Below are positions 54,998-62,402 of a DNA stretch of 64,000 nt, in pieces. Below the pieces are notes generated by a model. That model saw only the letters and a program-made list of their open reading frames with translations, had not been told where the DNA came from and did no database searches. Source of the stretch: an uncultured Pelagibacteraceae bacterium (GTDB lineage: Bacteria; Pseudomonadota; Alphaproteobacteria; Pelagibacterales; Pelagibacteraceae); assembly GCA_902563075.1 (NCBI GenBank), contig CACEWC010000003.1, positions 1,324-65,323 of the forward strand, in the 5' to 3' direction. Made by a program: the position numbers and the translations under genes. Position 1 is the stretch's first letter. Every line of letters begins with the position of its first letter.

Positions 54998-56020
54998 ATG
55001 CCTAAGCTTAATGTACTAATTGCTGGATCAACTGGATATATTGGTGTTCAATTAATTAAATTATTAATTAAACACAAGAATGTTAATATTAAATATTTAT
55101 GTGGTAATTCATCTGTTGGAAAAAAAATCTCATCTTATGATACTTCGTTAAAGTCAAAAAAGTTACCTAAAATTACAAAATACAATAAAAAATACTTAAA
55201 TAATGTTGATATTATATTTACTGCTCTACCAAATGGAGAAGCTCAAGAAATCTCAAAAGATTTATTAAAGAAAAATACTTTAATTGATTTAGCTGCAGAT
55301 TTTAGATTAAAAAAAGGTTCTGAATATTTAAAATGGTATAAACAAAAACATAAAGCATTAAATAATATAAAAAATAGTATTTATGCTTTACCTGAAATAA
55401 CAGGAGAAATAGTTAAAAAATTTAGTATTATCGGATGTCCTGGCTGTTATCCAACTTCGATACTTTTACCACTTATACCATTAGTTAAAAGAAAATCTGT
55501 TAACTTAAAAAGTATAATTATAGATTCAAAATCTGGATATTCTGGAGCGGGAAGAGGTATACATAAAAAATTTAAAAACAAGAATTTATACGAATCTCTT
55601 AGTGCGTATGGTGTAGGGTTTCATAGACATAATTCTGAAATTCAACAAGAATTAAAAAATTATTCTTCTTCAAAAATTAATTTTACATTTACACCCCATA
55701 TTATTCCAATGTTTAGAGGAATTTTAAGCACTATTTATTTGGATTTAAAACCAGGCATTACTCTAAATAAAGTACAAAATATTTTGAAAAAATTTCATAA
55801 AAAGAATAAATTTGTAAAAGTAAAGAGTGTTAACTCTTTTCTTAGCACAAATGACGTTATGAATACTAATTACTGCTTTATTTCTGTCTGCAAAACTAAA
55901 TTTAAAGATAAGATAATAATTTTATCGGCTATTGACAATCTTATTAAAGGAGGGGCAGGTCAAGCAGTTCAAAATATGAATTTAAAATTTGGTTATAAAA
56001 TTAGTGAGGGATTATTATGA
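54998..56020 (+). CDS. argC: N-acetyl-gamma-glutamyl-phosphate reductase
   Basis: GSTGYIG, PGCYPT, SGYSGAGR, HRH..EI, IDNLIKGGAGQAVQNMN. Confidence 0.96.
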   Translation: MPKLNVLIAGSTGYIGVQLIKLLIKHKNVNIKYLCGNSSVGKKISSYDTSLKSKKLPKITKYNKKYLNNVDIIFTALPNGEAQEISKDLLKKNTLIDLAADFRLKKGSEYLKWYKQKHKALNNIKNSIYALPEITGEIVKKFSIIGCPGCYPTSILLPLIPLVKRKSVNLKSIIIDSKSGYSGAGRGIHKKFKNKNLYESLSAYGVGFHRHNSEIQQELKNYSSSKINFTFTPHIIPMFRGILSTIYLDLKPGITLNKVQNILKKFHKKNKFVKVKSVNSFLSTNDVMNTNYCFISVCKTKFKDKIIILSAIDNLIKGGAGQAVQNMNLKFGYKISEGLL

Positions 56021-56178
56021 AAAAATTACCATTATTGATTTTATTACTAATTATTTCTTGTGCTCCTGTTCAAACTGAGAAAAAGATAGATTTTTCAAAA
56101 GATCTAACTTTTGAAGAATTTAAATCAAATTTAAAAGTTTACGTAGATAACAGTGATTATCCAAATATAGATGAATAA
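56017..56178 (+). CDS. Small putative lipoprotein, 53 aa (not in ORF track)
   Basis: MKKLPLLILLLIISCAPVQTEKKIDFSKDLTFEEFKSNLKVYVDNSDYPNIDE; lipobox IISC; ATGA overlap with argC stop and 8-nt overlap with hom start. Confidence 0.75.
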   Translation: MKKLPLLILLLIISCAPVQTEKKIDFSKDLTFEEFKSNLKVYVDNSDYPNIDE

Positions 56179-57463
56179 AATAGTTAACATTGCAATTGTT
56201 GGTTTGGGTCAAGTAGGCATTTATCTTTACAACGAATTAAGGTTAAAAAAAAAAGAAATAGAAATAAAAACAGGAAAAAAGATAAATATCGTTGCAATTT
56301 CTGCAAAAAATAAAAATAAAAAAAGAAAGTACAATATTAATAGGAAAATCTTATATACTAATCCTCTCAAAATTTTAAAAGAAAAAAAGATAGATATTTT
56401 ATTTGAGTCTATTGGTCAATCTGATGGAATTTCAAAAAAAATTGTTGTAATGGCTTTAAAGAATAAGATTAACGTTATTACACCAAATAAAGCTTTAATT
56501 TCAAAACACGGTAATGAATTAGCTAAATTAGCTGAGAAGAATAATGTTAATTTAGAATTTGAAGCATCTGTTGCTGGAGGAATTCCAATACTTAGAACAA
56601 TTAAAGAGGGTTTAGCTACAAATAAGATAAAGAAAGTCTATGGAATTTTAAATGGAACAACTAATTATATTCTAACAGAGATGGAAAATTCAAATGAGAC
56701 TTTTGATAAAGTCTTAAAAAAAGCTCAAGAACTTGGTTATGCTGAACCAGGTAATCCTAAATTAGATTTGAATGGTTTTGATGCTTTTGCAAAAGTAAGG
56801 ATTTTATCAGCACTTGCATTCAATAATAAAATTTCACATCATAAATGTATAATGGAAGGTATAGAAAATATTGACTTAAAAGATATCAAAATTGCAAATC
56901 AATTAAATCTTAGAATTAAGTTACTTGGTATATGTGAAATGATAAATAATCGTTTATTTGAAACTGTTCATCCATGTTTAGTTAGTAAAGACACATACAT
57001 AGGTAATGTAAATGGAGTTATGAACGCTGTTATTACGGAGGGAAAGCCCGTTGGTGAGAGCATACTTCAAGGGGAGGGCGCAGGACCAGGACCTACTTCA
57101 TCTTCTTTATTATCTGATTTATTATCTATTCTAAGAGGAAATATAAAATATCCCTTTGGAATTTCTTCAAATAAAAGAAAAGTTGTAAAGGCTTTTAATA
57201 ATGATGACTACTCAAATTCTCTATATTTAAGATTTGAAGTTAAAGATAAACAAGGTGTTTTATCCTCTATAACTAATCGACTAGCTAAATATAGAATGTC
57301 TGTAAAAAGAATTATACAAACACCTGATAAAAAAAGAAATTCAGCTACTATTGTTATAATTACCCATAAAACATCTGAAAAAAATGCAAGAAATTGTTTA
57401 TCTATATTTAGAAAAAATAAAAATATTCTTAAATTTCCAACATTAATTAGACTATATAGTTAA
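56171..57463 (+). CDS. hom: Homoserine dehydrogenase with C-terminal ACT domain
   Basis: IVGLGQVG, FEASVAGGIP, GILNGTTNYIL, AQELGYAE, GAGPGPT. Confidence 0.95.
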   Translation: MNKIVNIAIVGLGQVGIYLYNELRLKKKEIEIKTGKKINIVAISAKNKNKKRKYNINRKILYTNPLKILKEKKIDILFESIGQSDGISKKIVVMALKNKINVITPNKALISKHGNELAKLAEKNNVNLEFEASVAGGIPILRTIKEGLATNKIKKVYGILNGTTNYILTEMENSNETFDKVLKKAQELGYAEPGNPKLDLNGFDAFAKVRILSALAFNNKISHHKCIMEGIENIDLKDIKIANQLNLRIKLLGICEMINNRLFETVHPCLVSKDTYIGNVNGVMNAVITEGKPVGESILQGEGAGPGPTSSSLLSDLLSILRGNIKYPFGISSNKRKVVKAFNNDDYSNSLYLRFEVKDKQGVLSSITNRLAKYRMSVKRIIQTPDKKRNSATIVIITHKTSEKNARNCLSIFRKNKNILKFPTLIRLYS

Positions 57464-58365
57464 TGGAAATTTATATAAAACTTTTTGAGGTTTTGTTTCC
57501 TGTCTTTTTTGTTGTCGGGATTGGTTACTACTTAGGTAAAAAAAATCCTAAAATAGATACTACTTTTATCACTAATTTTGCAGCTAATGTAGGTACACCT
57601 GCAATGATAATTTATGCTTTAAACCCGGTAAACATCTCATTTGATATTTTCATCAATTATTTTTGGTATTACGCAATAGCTATTTTAGGATTTATGATAG
57701 TTGGAATAGTAATATTATATCTTTTAAAAACTAAAGATATTATTAGAGAGCTTCCACCACTTACAATGCCCAATACTGGTAATATGGGATTACCAATTTG
57801 TTTATTTGCTTATGGTTCACAGGGGCTCGGAGTTTCAGCTGCAATTTCTGCATTAATAATTTTATGTCACTTTACACTAGGTGTATTTTTGGCTGATAGA
57901 AAATTTAGTTTACAAGTCATAATTAAAAGCCCACCATTCTATGCAATCATTGTTGCTGTTTTTTTACTCTATTATGATTTAGAACTGCCTGGTTTTGTTG
58001 AAAATACTACCTTTCTTTTAATGTATGCAACAATTTTTTTAATCTTAATGTCATTAGGAATTGCATTGACAAGGCTAAAGGTTTTTTCATTAAATAAAGC
58101 TATAGTTTCCTCAATAGGACGTGTAATTGCAGGACCTATAATTGGATATTTATTAATTTTATATTTCAATTTAGAGGGATTTGCTGCAGGAGTTCTATTG
58201 ATACAATGTTCAATGCCTAGTGCTGTTCTAAATTACCTTGTTGCATCAATATATTCCCCTAAAAAAATTGTTGATAGTGTAGCCAGTACAATAGTTGTTT
58301 CAACCTTAATGTCTTTTATAACTATTCCAATTGTTGTATTCTTTTCTTTAAAATACTTCAATTAA
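57463..58365 (+). CDS. AEC (auxin efflux carrier)-family transporter
   Basis: GTPAMI, PNTGNMGLPI.LFAYG, SMPSAV, IVVSTLMS. Confidence 0.88.
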   Translation: MEIYIKLFEVLFPVFFVVGIGYYLGKKNPKIDTTFITNFAANVGTPAMIIYALNPVNISFDIFINYFWYYAIAILGFMIVGIVILYLLKTKDIIRELPPLTMPNTGNMGLPICLFAYGSQGLGVSAAISALIILCHFTLGVFLADRKFSLQVIIKSPPFYAIIVAVFLLYYDLELPGFVENTTFLLMYATIFLILMSLGIALTRLKVFSLNKAIVSSIGRVIAGPIIGYLLILYFNLEGFAAGVLLIQCSMPSAVLNYLVASIYSPKKIVDSVASTIVVSTLMSFITIPIVVFFSLKYFN

Positions 58366-58381
58366 TCTATATCTATCTATA

Positions 58382-59233
58382 ATGAAGGCTATAATTTTTA
58401 ATCTTTTGGCCTGGGTAATGCTTCCAATAATGGATGGATTTGCAAAATATTTAAGTGCAGATCTTCCTGTATTACAAATTACATGGGCTAGATATTTTTT
58501 TACAGTCGCCTTTACTCTTCCATTTATGTTTTTCTTTTTTCGAAAAAATCTAGTTTGGACAGAAAAACCAAAATTACAATTTATTAGAGGATTAATACTT
58601 TTAACTGCAAACATTTGTTTTTTTTATGCAATATCAGTTATTTCTCTTGCAAAAGCATTAACCTTGGCTTTTGTGGCACCTTTAATAGTAACTGCATTTT
58701 CTCCAGTTTTTCTAGGTGAAAAAGTAGGCTTTAGAAGATGGTCAGCTGTTATTATAGGATTTATCGGATCTTTAGTTGTTATAAGACCTGGTTTTGTTGA
58801 AATTAATCTAGCGAGTTTTGCAGCTCTTGGAACAGGAATTATGTACGGTTTTTATTTAATAATAACCCGTAAATTAAGTACTTCTGACAATCCTTTATTA
58901 ACTTTATTATTAACAGGTGTAGTAGGAGCAGTTATAATTTCTTGCGTAATGCCTTTTGTTTGGGTTCAACCAACTACTAGTCAATGGTCTATGATGGCTG
59001 CAATAGGAGTTTTTGCTTGTATAGGTCATTTATTTTTAATCTTATCTTTAAAATACGCCGATGCTTCTAAATTGGCTCCATTTAGTTACTTTGAAATAGT
59101 AACAAACATCATAATAGGCTACTATTTCTTTAGTGACTTTCCAGATAGTTGGACCTTTTTAGGATTAGCTATAATTGTGATAAGTGGTATCTATATTTAT
59201 CAAAGAGAACAATCAATAAATAAAACTACTTAA
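58382..59233 (+). CDS. DMT/EamA-family transporter
   Basis: QITWARY, LAFVAPL, FLGEKVG.RRW.AV.IGFIG.LVVIRPG, ASKLAPFSY. Confidence 0.92.
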   Translation: MKAIIFNLLAWVMLPIMDGFAKYLSADLPVLQITWARYFFTVAFTLPFMFFFFRKNLVWTEKPKLQFIRGLILLTANICFFYAISVISLAKALTLAFVAPLIVTAFSPVFLGEKVGFRRWSAVIIGFIGSLVVIRPGFVEINLASFAALGTGIMYGFYLIITRKLSTSDNPLLTLLLTGVVGAVIISCVMPFVWVQPTTSQWSMMAAIGVFACIGHLFLILSLKYADASKLAPFSYFEIVTNIIIGYYFFSDFPDSWTFLGLAIIVISGIYIYQREQSINKTT

Positions 59234-59254
59234 ACCATCCATTAGAACCTTTAA

Positions 59255-59276
59255 TAACGAGTTATATAACTCGTTA
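59255..59276. repeat. Perfect 22-bp palindrome TAACGAGTTATATAACTCGTTA
   Basis: Sequence equals its own reverse complement; begins 22 nt after the DMT stop codon. Confidence 0.9.
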
Positions 59277-59751
59277 ATATGCTATTTTATTGTTAGCCCA
59301 TTTTATCAATACTCAAAAATATAATGATGTATATAGGTAATGTTTATTTACTAATATATAAAGTATTACTTTAAGTTATATTTGTAAATTATTGTAATTA
59401 TTGAATTAATTAAATTTTATAAATATTGAAAATTTATGAAATTTTAGCATATTAGCTGTAAAGAGAGATCACTTAAACTCATGAAATTTGTTACTAGAGT
59501 AAGAAAATCAAATAATCGTTTAAAATACCGACTTTTGGAGCTGCTTAATAATTAAAATTGCCTAAAAATAGGGTAGTCTAAAACCATTGATATTGTTGAA
59601 TAGTAGAGCGATGCACTAATTGAATATACCTTTTAAACGCCCATAGGAGGGTCATTTTTTAGTGAAGGCTCATATACGGTACAACTGAAGGGTGAATTAA
59701 GTTATTTTGATTATTCAAGGTTCAAATCATTAAAAAACGCTGATTTTACTA

Positions 59752-59772
59752 GCTTTTTTATAGCAAAAAAGC
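59752..59772. terminator. Weak hairpin GCTTTTTT-ATAGC-AAAAAAGC just downstream of ogt; possible terminator
   Basis: 8-bp inverted repeat 12 nt beyond the ogt stop; no clear U-tail. Confidence 0.35.
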
Positions 59773-59784
59773 CTTAAAATAAGA

Positions 59785-60060
59785 CTAAATAGGAGCTTTT
59801 TCAGATCTTAATAATTTTAGCTTTTTCTTGGTTCCACCTATTCCAGAGTAACCTCCAAGCCCTCCATCTGACCTAATTACTCTATGACAAGGTATTTTAG
59901 GGGCATATGGGTTTTTGGCACAGGCATTAGCTACAGCTCTAGCTGATTTAGGGCTTTTTATGCCAATAGCCACCTGTTTATAGGTTTTTACCTCACCTTT
60001 TTGAATGGTTTTGAGATATTTCCAAACTTTTAATTGAAATTTTGTGCCTTTAAGTTTCAT
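59785..60060 (-). CDS. ogt: Minimal O6-methylguanine-DNA methyltransferase (C-terminal domain only)
   Basis: GTKFQLKVW, GEVKTY, ARAVANAC..NP, active-site IPCHRVI, LGGYSG. Confidence 0.92.
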   Translation of the reverse strand: MKLKGTKFQLKVWKYLKTIQKGEVKTYKQVAIGIKSPKSARAVANACAKNPYAPKIPCHRVIRSDGGLGGYSGIGGTKKKLKLLRSEKAPI

Positions 60061-60069
60061 TATTGGCTA

Positions 60070-60251
60070 AAAACCCCTGTTTCCTTGCACTTTTAAGGGT
60101 GCAAAGAACAGTTGTTTTGGCACGTCGTTGATGCGCTACCGCCATGCCTCCCGCTCCACATGTTCAGCGATGCTTTGTGAAGCTTTCTGCCCCCTGGAAT
60201 TGTACCTCTCGGCTTTTCTCCAATTGGCCAGTTAAGAGTTGCCCCTTAATT
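60070..60251 (-). ncRNA. Multi-hairpin structured RNA directly upstream of ogt, family not assigned
   Basis: GC-enriched island with five consecutive stems, two GNRA tetraloops (GCAA, GAGA) and G-U pairs that work only on the minus strand. Confidence 0.78.
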
Positions 60252-60344
60252 CATATTTAGCTTATCAAATACAGATTTTTAAATGTATCACTTTTTAGGT
60301 GATTTTGTTATTTTTCTCATTTCCTTGTGAACAGTGGGGATAAA

Positions 60345-60521
60345 TCAAGCTTTAAAAAGTAATACAAAATAGCTTAAGAAAAATAAAACAGCCATTATGC
60401 TTAAAAAAATAGTATTAATACTTTTCCCAGTGTTTTTATATTGAATTAAACTTAAAATAATAAAACCAATTGAGCTGATCAAAAACCATACTGCCGGAAT
60501 TTCTCCATCAATTGAACCCAT
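60345..60521 (-). CDS. Small membrane protein, 58 aa, two hydrophobic segments (not in ORF track)
   Basis: MGSIDGEIPAVWFLISSIGFIILSLIQYKNTGKSINTIFLSIMAVLFFLSYFVLLFKA; fills the gap divergent from the recombinase. Confidence 0.55.
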   Translation of the reverse strand: MGSIDGEIPAVWFLISSIGFIILSLIQYKNTGKSINTIFLSIMAVLFFLSYFVLLFKA

Positions 60522-60563
60522 AATTTTTAATTTAAACTATTGACATTAGAAATCACTTGATAT

Positions 60564-60598
60564 ATTACTAATGATAATTAATTGTTATCAATAGTAAT
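60564..60598. other. lox-like putative recombination site, 14-7-14 inverted repeat
   Basis: ATTACTAATGATAA-TTAATTG-TTATCAATAGTAAT; arms match 13/14; ends 3 nt before the recombinase ATG. Confidence 0.75.
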
Positions 60599-60601
60599 CA
60601 T

Positions 60602-61555
60602 ATGAATGAACTGACAACAGACTTAAAATCGCTTCATGAGGCAACATTAAATAACCTCAAAAGCTCTAAAGCAAATAATACTCTTAGAGCTTATAAGTCG
60701 GACTTCAAAGACTTTGGAGCTTTTTGCGCAAAACATGGATTAAATTCATTGCCAACAGAGCCGAAAATAGTTTCCTTGTACCTTACCCATCTCTCTAAAA
60801 ACTCAAAAATAAGCACTTTAAGACGAAGGTTGGTTTCAATAAGTATGGTTCATAGGCTGAAAGGGCATTATCTAGACACTAAACATCCAATCATAGTTGA
60901 AAATTTAATGGGAATAAGAAGGGTTAAAGGTAGCATTCAGAAAGGTAAAAAACCTATATTAATCAATCATTTAAAATTAATTATTAATGTAATAAATGAA
61001 CAAAAAACTGAGGAAATAAAAAAACTTAGAGATAAATCGTTAATCTTAATTGGCTTTGGAGGTGGTTTTAGAAGAACTGAGCTTATTTCAATAGACCATG
61101 AGGATTTGGAATTTGTTCCTGAGGGTCTAAAAATCACTATTAAAAGATCAAAAACTGATCAATTTGGAGAAGGAATGACTAAAGGACTACCCTACTTCGA
61201 TAATGAAATTTACTGTCCTGTTACAAATCTAAAAAAATGGTTAGAAATTTCAAGAATTAAGTCTGGACCTATTTTTAGAAGATTTTCTAAAGGTTTATCA
61301 TTAACAGATAAAAGATTAACTGATCAAACTGTAGTTTTATTAATGAAACACTATTTAAATATAGCAGGTATCGAAAACAAAAATTTTGCAGGTCATAGTT
61401 TAAGATCGGGTTTTGCAACAGTAGCTGCTGATTCAGGTGCTGATGAGAGAAGCATAATGGCTATGACAGGTCACAAAACAACTCAAATGGTTAGAAGATA
61501 TATTAGAGAGGCAAATATATTTAAAAATAATGCATTAAACAAAATTAAGATATAA
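60602..61555 (+). CDS. Cre-like tyrosine recombinase
   Basis: NTLRAYKSD, STLRRRL.SI, LRDKSLIL.GF.GGFRRTEL (R), RSKTDQFGEG (K), YCPV, GHSLRSGFAT (HxxR), TGHK (H), VRRY (Y); full catalytic set. Confidence 0.92.
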   Translation: MNELTTDLKSLHEATLNNLKSSKANNTLRAYKSDFKDFGAFCAKHGLNSLPTEPKIVSLYLTHLSKNSKISTLRRRLVSISMVHRLKGHYLDTKHPIIVENLMGIRRVKGSIQKGKKPILINHLKLIINVINEQKTEEIKKLRDKSLILIGFGGGFRRTELISIDHEDLEFVPEGLKITIKRSKTDQFGEGMTKGLPYFDNEIYCPVTNLKKWLEISRIKSGPIFRRFSKGLSLTDKRLTDQTVVLLMKHYLNIAGIENKNFAGHSLRSGFATVAADSGADERSIMAMTGHKTTQMVRRYIREANIFKNNALNKIKI

Positions 61556-62402
61556 TCTTATAAAATAGATATTTTATTTTGTTAATAATTAATTCATAAA
61601 ACATTAAAATATTATGTTTTGGCTCATTTAAAAGTCCTTTGTATGGAATTATTGAATTGTTTCCTTGTAAATAATATTTTCTAAAAAAATTAGGATTAAA
61701 ACCATATTTTAATAAAAATGTTTTAGTACCATTATTCAATTTAACTTTGCCGTTTCTAGTTGTTAGTGAATTAAAATGATAAACTTTAAATTTAGATATA
61801 CCTTTAAAAACTCTTACATCATTCAACCATAATTTCATGCAAAAATCTGGATCTGATCCATCTCCAGGATTAAATTCTTCACTAAATCCACCTATTTTAT
61901 TCCACAATTCTCTATGAATTAAATGTGGTGCCCAATGAGAACTTTGTAAATCTGGGGTATTATCATCGTCACAAAATTTTAAAAATTTTTGTTCATTAAA
62001 ATTTTCTATATCATTGCCGCAATCATAATTTATTAAGCCGAATCTGGTAGAAACATTCGTTCCAGATAAATAATATAAATTATTTTGTTGTTTTTTAATT
62101 TCATTTATTAAAAAAGTATCCCAATTTTTACAAAAATACATATCATCATGGGCATATAAAATGAAATCTGTTGTAGCCAATGAAAATGCCCTATTCATTG
62201 AGGAGCATAAACCAATATTCTCATGACTTTGTGAAAATTTGATACCACTTGTTGAAATAAAATCCAATGTACCATCAGAACCATCATTAATATGAATTAT
62301 AACCTCATGTTCAAATTTAGAATTTTTTTTTAATGTTTCTAAAAAAAATTTTAAATAAGGTAAATTATTAAAAGTAGGAACTATGATTGATAATTTCATC
62401 AA
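61545..62402 (-). CDS. Glycosyltransferase family 2
   Basis: LSIIVPTFN, NDGSDGT, NIG...MN, AHDD, IGGFSEEF..G.SDPDF. Confidence 0.9.
   Translation of the reverse strand: MMKLSIIVPTFNNLPYLKFFLETLKKNSKFEHEVIIHINDGSDGTLDFISTSGIKFSQSHENIGLCSSMNRAFSLATTDFILYAHDDMYFCKNWDTFLINEIKKQQNNLYYLSGTNVSTRFGLINYDCGNDIENFNEQKFLKFCDDDNTPDLQSSHWAPHLIHRELWNKIGGFSEEFNPGDGSDPDFCMKLWLNDVRVFKGISKFKVYHFNSLTTRNGKVKLNNGTKTFLLKYGFNPNFFRKYYLQGNNSIIPYKGLLNEPKHNILMFYELIINKIKYLFYKIIS

Noticed and set aside
422-58614. Many 60-125 aa ORFs antisense to or overlapping housekeeping genes (e.g. 422-709, 4514-4891, 8598-8936, 12673-13047, 29916-30230, 58348-58614)
   Set aside because: They lie on well-supported genes and translate to Phe/Leu/Ile/Ser-rich shadow sequences without motifs.
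59315-59392. Canonical XerCD dif-like sequence (ATAATGATGTATATAGGTAA; TAAGTTATATTTGTAAAT)
   Set aside because: No proper 11-6-11 match to the TTATGTTAAAT XerD arm; such partial matches are expected in near-pure AT sequence.
59481-59555. 24-codon ORF MKFVTRVRKSNNRLKYRLLELLNN in the long gap
   Set aside because: Too short, no recognisable motif and no well-placed ribosome-binding site.
60070-60251. Assignment of the structured RNA as SRP RNA, 6S, tmRNA or RNase P
   Set aside because: It lacks the SRP helix-8 GGAA motif, the single long 6S rod, a tRNA-like T-arm/CCA end and the RNase P GAGGAAAGUCC signature.
60568-60592. Fur box reading of AATGATAATTAATTGTTATCA
   Set aside because: Symmetry is GATAA-N7-TTATC with 14-bp arms rather than the 7-1-7 or 9-1-9 Fur geometry; a recombinase site fits better.
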